NCBI GenBank assembly: GCA_021810725.1
Contig: JAJZIE010000002.1
Location: 1 to 46,571, forward strand
DNA length: 46,571 nt
DNA from: Bacillota bacterium
GTDB taxonomy: Bacteria; Bacillota; Sulfobacillia; JAJZYS01; JAJYTV01
Direction of reading: 5' to 3'
A model generated the notes under the pieces. The model was not told the DNA's origin and made no database searches. It worked only from the letters and a program-made list of their open reading frames with translations. The position numbers and the translations under genes are program-made. Shown piece by piece: positions 18,707 through 28,075 of the stretch; position 1 is the first letter of the stretch, and each line of letters starts with the position of its first letter.

Positions 18707-19729
18707 CTACTCCTCGTGCCCGCCCGCCGGGGATTCGGCGAAGAGGTGGGTGGCGGCATAGAGACTGGGCGATCCTCCCGTGTGCAGGAACAGGACGTTT
18801 TCCTCCGGGCGGATGACGCCCTGCCTCGCGAGGTCGATCAGACCGGCCATGGCCTTGCCTGTGTAGGTCGGATCGAGCAGGATGCCTTCGCTGCGTGCAA
18901 GGAGCTTGACCGCTGCGACCATTTCCTTCGTGGGCTGGCCGTAACCCGGGCCGATATAGGCGTCGTAGCAGGTGACGGCATCTGGCCTGACCTTTGCGTC
19001 GACGCCAAGGTAGGCCGCGGTGTCCGCTGCGATCCGCTTCGCGTCGGCGAGCAGCTCTTCGTTCGGGTTCACGACGCTGATGGCGGTGACGGGCACGTCG
19101 AAATGGAGGAGTTCAAGACCGAGCAGGGTGCCGGCCAAAGTGCCGGCGCTGCCGCCCGCGACGACGATGCGATCCACGGAGAGACTCTGGTCGAAGCACT
19201 GACCCATGATCTCCGCCGCGCAGGCGGCGTAGCCGAGCGCGCCGATGGCGTTCGAGCCGCCCATCGGAATGACGTAGGGTCTGTGTCCTGCGGCAACCGC
19301 CTCCGCCTCGGCCACCCGAAGTTCAGTCGGCCAGTCGACCCCGTCGGGGACGATCTTGATCTTCCCGGCCCCCAGTAAATGGTAGAGAAAGATGTTGCCG
19401 TTCGCGTCCGCACGGTAGGCGCCGGACGACGGTTCGGACAGGACGAGCCAGCAGTTGAGGCCCTCCTTGACGGCGGCCGCCAAGGTCAGGCGGCAGTGGT
19501 TCGACTGGATGCCGCCGCAGGTGATCAGCGTGTCACAGCCTTGGGCCAGGGCGTCCGCCACGAGGAATTCCAGCTTGCGCGTCTTGTTGCCGCCGCCGGT
19601 GAGTCCAAGAAGGTCGTCGCGCTTGATGTAGACCTGCGGCCCGCCGAGCGCCTCGGAGAAACGCGGTATCCGCTCGATGGGCGTTGGACCGGCCGTGTAT
19701 CGCCGTCGTGGGAACTTCGCAAGATTCAT
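18707..19729 (-). CDS. PLP-dependent D-cysteine desulfhydrase / ACC deaminase family enzyme
   Basis: ORF 18707..19816. ATG at 19729 is preceded by GGAGGTG. YIKRDDL.GLTGGGNKTRKLEFL (PLP lysine), ITCGGIQSNH and GGS.GT motifs. Confidence 0.85.
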   Translation of the reverse strand: MNLAKFPRRRYTAGPTPIERIPRFSEALGGPQVYIKRDDLLGLTGGGNKTRKLEFLVADALAQGCDTLITCGGIQSNHCRLTLAAAVKEGLNCWLVLSEPSSGAYRADANGNIFLYHLLGAGKIKIVPDGVDWPTELRVAEAEAVAAGHRPYVIPMGGSNAIGALGYAACAAEIMGQCFDQSLSVDRIVVAGGSAGTLAGTLLGLELLHFDVPVTAISVVNPNEELLADAKRIAADTAAYLGVDAKVRPDAVTCYDAYIGPGYGQPTKEMVAAVKLLARSEGILLDPTYTGKAMAGLIDLARQGVIRPEENVLFLHTGGSPSLYAATHLFAESPAGGHEE

Positions 19730-19987
19730 GCCGCACCTCCGCCCGTGTCGTGGCTGCGCGCCTGGACTCCCAGGCGCAGTCGCTTCCAGGCTATGTCTAG
19801 GCATCTCGGCTGACACGGCTGGAGCCCTGAGGCGACGACGTGGTCCGCGAAGGTCGGGCCATGGAACCAGAGAGCTGCAAGCTCCCAGGCAGAGGGCGAC
19901 AGAAAGGGGACAGGAGGGGACTTACATACCTGAGTGGAACATCCATGGGTCGTGTGCCCCAGGCGGGCCAACGGGAGGAGAGGCCAC

Positions 19988-21235
19988 GTGCAAGAACCTG
20001 GAGACGGAGAACGCGCGGAGCGGAAACCTTCGCTCTGGCGCAACACCAACCTCACCATCCTGGTGAGTGGCCAGTGGGTATCGCAGGTCGGCAACAACCT
20101 TTTCGAGCTTGCGGTGTACTGGTACGTGCTCGCCCAGACCCATCAGGCGGCTTCGCTCGGCTGGGTGGGAACGGCGATGGCTCTGCCGGGGGTGCTGGGC
20201 CTCATGACCGGCGTATTCGTCGACCGCATGGACCGCCGCTGGACCATGGTCGGCTCGGATGTGCTGAGGGCCGCGCTGTCCGCGCTCCTCGGTGTCTTCG
20301 CGCTCTTGCACCTTCTGCCGCTGTGGTTGTTCCTCGTGCTGGTGCTGCTGCTGATGGCGGTCGGCACCTTCTTCAACCCGGCGTCGGGGGCGCTGCTTCC
20401 GCAGATCGTTCCCGATGAACAACTTGCGGCGGCCAACGGCCTCTATTCTTCCGCGAGCAGCTCCGCGGGGCTGATCGGCATGTTCGGTGGCGGCATCGTG
20501 ATGTCGCTCCTGGGCCCGATCCTGCTGTTCTTCGCCAACGCGGCTTCCTTCGTGGTATCGTTCCTGAGCCTTATGTTTCTGCGCGTCCCGCGGCGAGAAC
20601 ATGTCCCAGCAGCAGCCGGCGCGGGTCAGCTCTACAGCGAATGGGCCGAGGGTTTCAAGGTCTACCAGGCGATCCCGCTGCTGCGTACCCTCTTGCTGGC
20701 CGCGCTGTTCATCAACTTCGCCGGTACCGGTCTCGGAGTGCTCGCCGCGGCATGGGTGAAGGGTCCCCTGCACGGCAACGCCTTCGACTATGCGTTATTC
20801 GGAGCGGCGATCACCGTAGGCGCGATCGCGGGCGCCCTGACGGCGGCGCAGGTCATGCGCCGCTTCCCAATCGAGAAGGTGCTGCCAGCCGGTACGATCG
20901 GCATCGGCCTCGCCGTCGTGATCCTGTCACGCGTGCCTCTGCTCTGGGTTACGCTTCTTTGCATGCTTTTGGCGGGTATCGCGATGGGCCTGATGAACAC
21001 CGGACTGACCACCATGATGCAACGCATCGTACCGCAGGAGAAGATGGGGCGGGTCTTTGGAACGCTTGGCGCACTGCTGACGTTGGCGAACCCGGTGGGT
21101 GCCGCCGTCGCAGGCGCCCTTGCCGTGGTCTGGTCCGTGCCGTTCATTTACCTCTTGCTTGGCGTACTGATCCTGCTTGGGTCCCTGCCACTCCTCCGTC
21201 TACGCGCAGGGACGTCCGCGCAATCGGCCGCCTAA
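19988..21235 (+). CDS. MFS transporter (12 TM helices; EntS/MFS_3-like)
   Basis: ORF 19934..21235, with GTG at 19988 after GGGAGGAGAGG. N-terminus LWRNTNLTILVSGQWVSQVGNNLFELA, motif GVFVDRMDRR, and hydrophobic throughout. Confidence 0.8.
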   Translation: MQEPGDGERAERKPSLWRNTNLTILVSGQWVSQVGNNLFELAVYWYVLAQTHQAASLGWVGTAMALPGVLGLMTGVFVDRMDRRWTMVGSDVLRAALSALLGVFALLHLLPLWLFLVLVLLLMAVGTFFNPASGALLPQIVPDEQLAAANGLYSSASSSAGLIGMFGGGIVMSLLGPILLFFANAASFVVSFLSLMFLRVPRREHVPAAAGAGQLYSEWAEGFKVYQAIPLLRTLLLAALFINFAGTGLGVLAAAWVKGPLHGNAFDYALFGAAITVGAIAGALTAAQVMRRFPIEKVLPAGTIGIGLAVVILSRVPLLWVTLLCMLLAGIAMGLMNTGLTTMMQRIVPQEKMGRVFGTLGALLTLANPVGAAVAGALAVVWSVPFIYLLLGVLILLGSLPLLRLRAGTSAQSAA

Positions 21236-21316
21236 CCTCCCGCGAGGTGCGAAAGAGGCGAGGGGCCGCCGCCAGGCGGCTGCCCCTCGCCGATCTGCTC
21301 TCCGACCTCTGCCCGA

Positions 21317-21592
21317 CTAGCGACCGTCCAGCACCTGCACGAGCCGACGCACGACGCCCAGGTTTTCGATGCGGCCGAACCGCCAGCCCCGGTCGTAGAG
21401 CGCCAAGGTCACCATCTCGCCCCGTCGGTCGAAGCGCCAGATGCGGAGTTGTGCGATGCGTCCGCCGCCCTTGTAGAGCGTGCGCTGGTTGAGTCCGTAG
21501 CTGACCCGGCCCTGGGTCAGACGGGCATGAAAGCCGTACTTGCCGAGATGTCCCGCGATGACGCCATCCTCTTCGAAACGACGACTGAGCAT
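21317..21592 (-). CDS. Hypothetical 91-aa protein
   Basis: ATG at 21592 lies about 8 nt after GGGAGG. High GC3 coding-like codon usage. Sequence MLSRRFEEDGVIAGHLGKYGFHARLTQGRVSYGLNQRTLYKGGG... with no family recognised. The longer track ORF (to 21775) is an Arg/Ala-rich extension. Confidence 0.45.
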   Translation of the reverse strand: MLSRRFEEDGVIAGHLGKYGFHARLTQGRVSYGLNQRTLYKGGGRIAQLRIWRFDRRGEMVTLALYDRGWRFGRIENLGVVRRLVQVLDGR

Positions 21593-21728
21593 CTTCGTGG
21601 CCTCCCGGCTCCAGCGTTGCCCAGATGTTGGGCAGGCTAGACATGCCGCGGCCGGATGTGAAGCGCCTCTGGGGCGCAGGTGAGAACCGGTGCGGGGCAG
21701 AATGGGAGCATCCGAGGTGATCCCAGCG

Positions 21729-22607
21729 ATGCCGGCAGAAATCCTGGCTCCACTGATCAGCCCGCGCAATGCCAAGGGACGGCTCGATCTCGACGGGCTG
21801 GCGGCGAACGTCGCAAGACTTGGGCCCGACGTGGACGGCTTCCTCGTCCTAGGCTCTTCGGGCGAGTACGTCTATCTCTCGGAGCGGGAGCGTCTGGACG
21901 CCGTCCGCACGGTGATGGAGGGCGCGGGCGACCGCATGGTATTCGTGCAGGTCGGGTCGGAGACCACCGAGTCGAGCGCGGACCTGGCGCACGAGGCGAT
22001 GCGGCTCGGGGCAACCGGCCTCCTGGCAGTCACACCGCATTACTACACGCCGCAGCTCAAGGGACCCGCTCTGCAGGCCTACTATAGGACGATCGGCGCC
22101 ATCGGGCCGACCTACCTCTACCACATCCCCTCCTACACGGGCATGACGCTCGACGTGCGGGAGATTCTCGAGATCGCCGCCATTCCCGGTGTCGTTGGCA
22201 TGAAGGACTCGACGGGCAACCTCGCGCTGCTCACCGAGATTCTCGCGAGCTGCCCCACGGGCTTCCGCTACTATGTCGGATCGGGTGGGGCGCTCCTGGC
22301 CGCCATGGCCCACGGCGCGCGCGGGACGATCGCGGCGCTCGCAAACCTTGTGCCGGCGCAGATGCGTCGGGCCGTGTCGCTGTTCGAAGGGGGTCGGATC
22401 GCCGAGGCGGCGGAGGCGCAGCGGCCACTGGCGCGTCTGAATGCCCTCGTGACACGCCAGTACGGCATCCCGGGGCTCAAGTACGCGGCCGGACGGCTGG
22501 GATTTGCGGCGGGCGATCCCGTGCCGCCGCTCCAGCCTGTGACGTCCGCGGCCGCCGCCGCGATCGACGCGGCGATCGCCGACCTGAAGGTGCCTGCGGC
22601 GGGATGA
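21729..22607 (+). CDS. DapA/dihydrodipicolinate synthase-family class I aldolase
   Basis: ATG at 21729 after GAGGTGA. GSSGEY motif, Schiff-base lysine context VVGMKDSTGN and the Y.IP pattern (LYHIPSYTG). Confidence 0.85.
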   Translation: MPAEILAPLISPRNAKGRLDLDGLAANVARLGPDVDGFLVLGSSGEYVYLSERERLDAVRTVMEGAGDRMVFVQVGSETTESSADLAHEAMRLGATGLLAVTPHYYTPQLKGPALQAYYRTIGAIGPTYLYHIPSYTGMTLDVREILEIAAIPGVVGMKDSTGNLALLTEILASCPTGFRYYVGSGGALLAAMAHGARGTIAALANLVPAQMRRAVSLFEGGRIAEAAEAQRPLARLNALVTRQYGIPGLKYAAGRLGFAAGDPVPPLQPVTSAAAAAIDAAIADLKVPAAG

Positions 22608-23740
22608 ACCGGCGCGCACTGCTGAGCCTGAGTTTCGCCCACTTCACCGCCGACTTGAACTCGGGGGCCGTGCCGGCTCTCCTGCCGCTCGCGACGACGC
22701 TCTTCTCCCTGAACTACAGCGCCGCGGCACTCGTGATTCTGGTGTCCAACCTGACCTCGTCCGTGATCCAGCCGCTGTTCGGCGTGCTGGCGGACAAGCG
22801 TCCGATGCCTTGGCTGATGCCGTTCGCGCTCGCCTTGGCAGCCATCGGCACCGCCGCCTACTCTCTCGCAGGCGGCTACGGATCGTTCGTGGCTCTGGTG
22901 GCGCTCACGGGTGTCGGGGTGGCGGCGTTCCATCCCGTCGGCGCGTCGGGGGCCTACTTTGCTGCGGGGGCGAAGCGTGCCTCCGGCATGAGCATCTTCT
23001 CGGTCGGGGGCAATATCGGGTTCGCGTTCGGCCCGCTGCTTGCCGGTCTGTCCACCCACGCCTTCGGCATGACCGGGGTGCTTTTGTTCCTGGTGCCGGG
23101 GGCCGCGGCGGTCATCGTCCTTAGATGTTTTGCTCCTCGGGAAACTCAGGTGCGACCCGCCCACGAGATGAAGACGGCCCCTGTGCCTTGGCTGCTGCTT
23201 TCGATCCTGGTGCTGGTCGTGGTGTTGCGCAGCACGGCGCAGTACGGCGTACTGACCTTCTACCCGCTCTACCTGGCGCACCTGCACCGTTTGTCGCCCA
23301 GCCTCTCGGGAGCCATCCTCTTCTTCTTCCTGATCATGGGCGCCTTCGGCACCATGGTCGGCGGCCCGCTATCCGACCGCTTCGGCCGCAGGAGCCTGAT
23401 GCTCTGGAGCTGGGTCGCGACGACGCCGCTCCTCTACCTGCTGCCGCGGCTGCCCGGCGTCTGGCAGTTCGTGGACCTGGGCGTCCTGGGCTTCGCGATC
23501 GTCGCCACCTTCAGCACGACGGTCGTCCTGGCACAGGAAATGCTGCCCGGGCGCCAGGCGGTCGCCTCGTCGCTGACGATAGGCCTCGCGATCGGCCTTG
23601 GCGGCGTCGTCATGCTGTGGCTCGGTCAGCTCGCGGACGCGGCCGGTGTGCGTGAGGTCCTTGGCCTGCTCTGGATCGCCGGTGTCGCTGGCTTCCTCGG
23701 ATCCCTGCTGCTGCCTCAGCAGGTGCGCATCGCCGACTAG
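22604..23740 (+). CDS. MFS transporter (Fsr/fosmidomycin-resistance-like)
   Basis: ATGA overlap with the aldolase gene. FAHFTADLNSGAVPALLP...IQPLFGVLADKR is typical of Fsr-type MFS; 12 predicted TM helices. Confidence 0.82.
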   Translation: MNRRALLSLSFAHFTADLNSGAVPALLPLATTLFSLNYSAAALVILVSNLTSSVIQPLFGVLADKRPMPWLMPFALALAAIGTAAYSLAGGYGSFVALVALTGVGVAAFHPVGASGAYFAAGAKRASGMSIFSVGGNIGFAFGPLLAGLSTHAFGMTGVLLFLVPGAAAVIVLRCFAPRETQVRPAHEMKTAPVPWLLLSILVLVVVLRSTAQYGVLTFYPLYLAHLHRLSPSLSGAILFFFLIMGAFGTMVGGPLSDRFGRRSLMLWSWVATTPLLYLLPRLPGVWQFVDLGVLGFAIVATFSTTVVLAQEMLPGRQAVASSLTIGLAIGLGGVVMLWLGQLADAAGVREVLGLLWIAGVAGFLGSLLLPQQVRIAD

Positions 23741-23825
23741 CGGCGCAGGACACCCGCAGCGCTATGTCGTATTCGAACGGCCAACGTGGCAGGCGCCTTG
23801 ACGGCGTCGCAAAGGGGGGCCCACG

Positions 23826-24896
23826 TTGGATGTCATGGTGATGGTCGGGACGGCCAAAGGGCTGTTCCGTTTCAGGTCCCGCGATCGCAAGGGTTGGCAG
23901 ATGCAGGGGCCGGACTTTCCGCAGACGCCCTGCTACACCGCGGTCTTGGACCCGCGCAGCGGTGTCCTCCTGGCTGGCGTGAACTCCGAGTTCTACGGCC
24001 CGTCCATCCGACGGTCGCGGGATTTCGGGACGACCTGGGACGCAGGGGTCGCACCTGCGTATGGGCCGGACGACAAGGAGCAGGTGACGCGGGTCTGGGC
24101 CATCGCGCCCGCGGGCGCGGACGAGCCCAGGACGATTTACGCCGGCGTGGAGGCGAGCGGACTCTTCCGCTCGGACGACGGCGGCGACAGCTGGAGCGAG
24201 GTCCAGACTCTGCGCCGGCACCCGACGCACGAGCTCTGGGGTCCGGGGTACGGCGGCAAATGCCTGCACACGGTGCTTCCCGTGGGCCGCGACACCATCT
24301 ACACAGCTTGCTCCGCCGGCGGCGCGTATCGGTCTACCGATCGCGGCGAGAGCTTCAGCCCGATCAACGCGGGCATCGAGGCGCGCTTCATGCCCGAGGG
24401 GCAACGCTTCCCCGAAGCGGGCCAGTGCGTGCACAAACTCTCGAGCTGCGCGGCCGAACCGCAGCGCATCTGGATGCAGAACCACGGTGGCGTGTACCGC
24501 ACGGACGACGGCGGCGACACCTGGCACGAGGTCGGGAGGACTCTGCCGGGCGACTTCGGCTTCCCGGTGCTGGCGCACCCGAGCGATCCCGACACCGCCT
24601 ACGTCATTCCTTTGCAGGCGGACGGGCAGCGCTGGGCCAAAGGTGCGCTCGGGGTATGGTCCACGGAGGACGCGGGTAGCAGCTGGCGCCCGATCACCGA
24701 GGGCCTGCCGACCGTTTCCTTCGCGAGCGTTCTGCGCGACGGCCTGGACCATGACGGACAGGACCCGCTCGGCCTCTACTTCGGCACGACTTCGGGCAGT
24801 GTCTACGCTTCCGCCGACGGAGGCCGGCGCTGGCAGGAGGTCGCGGCGCACCTGCCACGCATCCTCTCGGTGCGCGCGGCCGCCGTACCGGCGTGA
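23826..24896 (+). CDS. BNR/Asp-box repeat beta-propeller protein (sialidase-fold, no signal peptide seen)
   Basis: At least five Asp-box-like repeats: RRSRDFGTTW, FRSDDGGDSW, YRSTDRGESF, YRTDDGGDTW, WSTEDAGSSW and YASADGGRRW. TTG start after AGGGGGG. Confidence 0.8.
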   Translation: MDVMVMVGTAKGLFRFRSRDRKGWQMQGPDFPQTPCYTAVLDPRSGVLLAGVNSEFYGPSIRRSRDFGTTWDAGVAPAYGPDDKEQVTRVWAIAPAGADEPRTIYAGVEASGLFRSDDGGDSWSEVQTLRRHPTHELWGPGYGGKCLHTVLPVGRDTIYTACSAGGAYRSTDRGESFSPINAGIEARFMPEGQRFPEAGQCVHKLSSCAAEPQRIWMQNHGGVYRTDDGGDTWHEVGRTLPGDFGFPVLAHPSDPDTAYVIPLQADGQRWAKGALGVWSTEDAGSSWRPITEGLPTVSFASVLRDGLDHDGQDPLGLYFGTTSGSVYASADGGRRWQEVAAHLPRILSVRAAAVPA

Positions 24897-25168
24897 TTGC
24901 CCTGCATCTGCCGGACGACCTCGCCAAGGAGATCGGCATGGCGGCGAAGTCCTGGCACGTGGCTGCGCCCACCGTCGGTGACCTGTTCGACGCTGTCGAG
25001 CGTGAGGCCCCTGGGCTGATGCGCCGGATATCGGAACCGGGGGGACGGCTGCGCCAGCACCTCAACCTCTTTGTCGGAGAGAACCTGGCGGGTCGTATGA
25101 AGCCCTTCGCGATACCGCTGTGCGATGGCGACGAGGTCTGGCTCTTGCGCGCGGTCTCCGGGGGCTGA
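24893..25168 (+). CDS. ThiS/MoaD-like beta-grasp protein ending in Gly-Gly
   Basis: GTG overlaps the propeller gene stop (GTGA). 91 aa with MoaD-like features (TVGDLFDAVE...; NLFVGENL; L.DGDEVWLLRAVSGG*). The terminal GG codons are at 25160-25165. Confidence 0.7.
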   Translation: MIALHLPDDLAKEIGMAAKSWHVAAPTVGDLFDAVEREAPGLMRRISEPGGRLRQHLNLFVGENLAGRMKPFAIPLCDGDEVWLLRAVSGG

Positions 25169-25254
25169 GCCGCCACCACCATCCGCGCGTACGTCTGCAC
25201 CTGGATCCGCCCTCGGGCTCCTCGGCGGCTGCGCTCCCAGGGAGGAAGGCGGGC

Positions 25255-25662
25255 ATGGAACGATCCGATGTCAGCTTGTACCGGGTGATCCTGCCCGTAT
25301 CGGACATCGAGCGGGCGGCGAGCTTCTACGCGGATGTGCTGCTCGTGGCGGGCGAACGCGTCTCGTCGGGCCGGCACTACTTCGACTGTGGCGGCACCAT
25401 CCTCGCCTGCTACGATCCCATCGCGGACGGCGACGAGCTTGGCGACGGGTGGCGTCACCATCCTAAGCAGTACCTCTACTTCGCGGTGGACGACCTGTCT
25501 GCGACCAGGCGGCGGGCCATCGACGCCGGCGCGCAGGACGTCACGGAGGTCGCCGAGTTCCCCTGGGGAGAGACAGCGTTCTACGCGCTCGATCCCTTCG
25601 GCAACCCTGTCTGCTTTGTGCTGGCCGCGACCGAGTTCAGGGGCGGACGGTACGTTGGATAA
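25255..25662 (+). CDS. VOC (glyoxalase/bleomycin-resistance/dioxygenase) family protein
   Basis: ORF 25120..25662, ATG at 25255 after GGGAGGAAGG. LYRVILPVSDIERAASFY... and ...FYALDPFGNPVCF are typical VOC beta-alpha-beta-beta-beta modules. Confidence 0.8.
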   Translation: MERSDVSLYRVILPVSDIERAASFYADVLLVAGERVSSGRHYFDCGGTILACYDPIADGDELGDGWRHHPKQYLYFAVDDLSATRRRAIDAGAQDVTEVAEFPWGETAFYALDPFGNPVCFVLAATEFRGGRYVG

Positions 25663-25711
25663 ATGACCGCCCGGTCTACGGCCGCTGTCTTCCCTTTGCC
25701 GACTGCGCTCT

Positions 25712-26185
25712 TCAGTCCACTGTCGTGTAGCGCGATCGGAAGTAGACGAGGGGTTGCGCGCTTCTGGGACCGTCCAGATGCAGAACCCGCCCAAGGAACA
25801 GGGTGTGGTCCTGCGCCAAGACTTCGTCCGTCACCTCGCATTCGAGGTGGCCGATGGCGCCGTCAAGCCACGGCAGGCCACCGGGGCTGGGGTGCCACGC
25901 GATGTCTTGGAGCGCCTGCCCCGGGTTCTTGAAGCGCTGGGCGAAATGGACGGAAACGTCCTGCTGCGTCGCCGCCAGAAAGGATACGGCGAAGCGCCTC
26001 GAGCCGCTGATGATCGCGTGGGAGTCGTTCTCCCGACCGATCGAGACGAGGACGAGCGGCGGCTCGAGCGAAACCGAGAGGAAGGCGTTCGCCGTCATGC
26101 CGTGCGGGCCTTGCGGTCCCGCGCAGGTGATGACGGAAACGCCGGTGGCCCAGTTGCCCATGAGGTGATGGAACGCTTGCGGCAA
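25712..26185 (-). CDS. Flavin reductase (HpaC/NADH:FMN oxidoreductase-like domain)
   Basis: F..LMGNWATGVSVIT....GPHGMTANAFLSVSLEPPLVLVSI matches the flavin_reduct domain pattern. TTG start at 26185 (weak RBS). Confidence 0.85.
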   Translation of the reverse strand: MPQAFHHLMGNWATGVSVITCAGPQGPHGMTANAFLSVSLEPPLVLVSIGRENDSHAIISGSRRFAVSFLAATQQDVSVHFAQRFKNPGQALQDIAWHPSPGGLPWLDGAIGHLECEVTDEVLAQDHTLFLGRVLHLDGPRSAQPLVYFRSRYTTVD

Positions 26186-26352
26186 AGACGTAGGCGGCGC
26201 CCAGGAGTGGCCGGGCTTCTTCCCTTCGTGAGAAAGTGGCGCGTGACCAGATGGCTGAGGGACAATGCGCCAGGTGGCCTACGCTATCCACCATATGCTA
26301 TCACCATTGCCGTGTCCGTGTGGCCCGGCATGACCTGCGCGTAAACTGGCAA

Positions 26353-26391
26353 GACCAGAGCCCCACCGCGGTGCGCGGCGGGGCTCTGGTC
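26353..26391 (-). terminator. Terminator after the SBP gene (minus strand)
   Basis: 12-bp outer stem GACCAGAGCCCC / GGGGCTCTGGTC with an inner CCGCG/CGCGG extension, starting 8 nt after the SBP stop codon. Confidence 0.6.
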
Positions 26392-26398
26392 TTGGGGC

Positions 26399-28042
26399 TT
26401 ACCGCTTGGGCGGACGCCAGGCGTTCGCATCCCAGAGCGTTCCCGTGTAGGCGCTCAAGGCCACGTGGGAGAGCTTGGCCGGATTGTAGGCCGCCTCGGT
26501 GGATACGTAGAAGAGCGGCACCATCGGCAGGTCCTGGTACAGCTGCATCTGCACCTGACGGTAGTCCTGGGCGCGCAGGGACTGGTTCATCTGGCTGAGG
26601 GCGTCCTGGGTCCAGGCGTTGACGTTTGGATTCTGGTAGCCCGAGAAGTCGTCACCCTGGTGGTACGGGCTGCCGAGCTCAGAGTTCCATATCGCCGCGT
26701 CGTCCGGGTCGACGTTGTTCATCAGGCCGAACTCGCCGACCTGGTAGGTGCCCTGCGCGAACATACCGTTCGGACCGAACAGCGCCTGTGTCGAGAAATA
26801 CACCGGCAGAACGCGGATTCCGGCCTGTGCCTCTTCACTGCTGACGTACTTCATGATCGCTGCGTGCAGCGGGGTGCGGGTCAGGGAAACGTCCAGAATG
26901 AGCTCCTGCCCGTTCTTCTGGAAATAGCCGTCGCTGCCGATCTGCCAGCCGTCCTGCTGCAGGACGGCGCGCGCCTGGGCGATATTCTGCTTCACTACCG
27001 GCACTTTGGGATTGAAAGCCCAGCTCCACGGCGGCTGGTCCGATGTGGCCACCTGCCAACGGTCACCCGATATGCGGGCGGCGATCTGCTGGCGGTTGAG
27101 CGCGAGGTAGAACGCGCGACGGACACCGGGATCGCTGGCGATGGGATCGCGCAGGTTGAACGTGAACTGCTCGAAGACCGCGCTCGGCACGCTCGCGACG
27201 ACAAGGTGCCGTCCCCGCAGGGTGTGCACTTCGGGGGTGCTGAGGCTGAGGAGATCCGCGAGATCCACCTCATGCTGTTGCAATGCCGTGACAAGGTCCG
27301 ACTGACGGCTGTAGGACGAGACCACGATCTCCTTGAAGGTCGGGCGCGGCCCGTCCTGACCCGCGTAATAGGGGTTTGGCACCAGGACCACCGTGGACGC
27401 GCCGTACTGGTGCACGGCGTATGGCCCTGTGGACAGCGGATGGCGGTTGTACGACTTGTCCGTCGCGACGGTCGCCACGCGGCCGTGCAGGGCGTGCCAG
27501 GGCAGAAGCTCCGAGAACAGGGTCTGCCACGCCGCGAACGTGCCATGCATGTGCACCACGGCTGTGAGGCGGCTCGGCGTGTCGATCGACGTGATCTGGT
27601 TGTAGCCGGCCTGGTACGCGCCGTTGCCCGGTTCCATGATGGCCTGCCAGGTGAAGCGGATGTCCTTGGCGGTCAAGGGCCGCCCGTCCGACCACCTGAG
27701 GCCGCGGCGAAGATGGTAGACGATGGTCACGTCGGCCTCCGGGCCAGGCGTACCGACGATGGTGATGCGGGGAGCAGCGGCAAGAAGGTCCGGACGCCAG
27801 ACGTAATGCAGGTGCCCGCCCGCCGTGGCGGGCCTATAGCTCATCAGGCCGTCCGAGGTGGCGCCGAGGACGTCCGAGGCGGCCTGCGTGCTGGCCAGCA
27901 GAGGATCAAGGCTACCGAAGGAGCCCAGGACGCCCACCTTCAACACGGATGGCGCTGCGGGCGCCGCGGAGGCAGCCTGCACACCCCCGCCCCAGGTCAG
28001 CATGAGGCCGAGGGCGGTCGCGATGACTGCATGGCGCTGCAA
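26399..28042 (-). CDS. ABC transporter substrate-binding protein, family 5 (peptide/nickel type), orphan
   Basis: ORF 26399..28072, with TTG at 28042 lying 7 nt after GGAGG. Signal peptide (IATALGLMLTWGGGVQAASA), then an SBP_bac_5-like body (LRRGLRWSDGRPLTAKDI.FTW; VPNPYY). Confidence 0.88.
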   Translation of the reverse strand: MQRHAVIATALGLMLTWGGGVQAASAAPAAPSVLKVGVLGSFGSLDPLLASTQAASDVLGATSDGLMSYRPATAGGHLHYVWRPDLLAAAPRITIVGTPGPEADVTIVYHLRRGLRWSDGRPLTAKDIRFTWQAIMEPGNGAYQAGYNQITSIDTPSRLTAVVHMHGTFAAWQTLFSELLPWHALHGRVATVATDKSYNRHPLSTGPYAVHQYGASTVVLVPNPYYAGQDGPRPTFKEIVVSSYSRQSDLVTALQQHEVDLADLLSLSTPEVHTLRGRHLVVASVPSAVFEQFTFNLRDPIASDPGVRRAFYLALNRQQIAARISGDRWQVATSDQPPWSWAFNPKVPVVKQNIAQARAVLQQDGWQIGSDGYFQKNGQELILDVSLTRTPLHAAIMKYVSSEEAQAGIRVLPVYFSTQALFGPNGMFAQGTYQVGEFGLMNNVDPDDAAIWNSELGSPYHQGDDFSGYQNPNVNAWTQDALSQMNQSLRAQDYRQVQMQLYQDLPMVPLFYVSTEAAYNPAKLSHVALSAYTGTLWDANAWRPPKR

Positions 28043-28075
28043 CGAAACACCTCCAGGTGGTGGAGTCCACACCTT

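Noticed and set aside
21317-21592. WGR-domain assignment for the 91-aa protein
   Set aside because: Only a short GWRFGRI segment is reminiscent of the WGRIG motif, and the rest of the sequence does not follow the WGR pattern.
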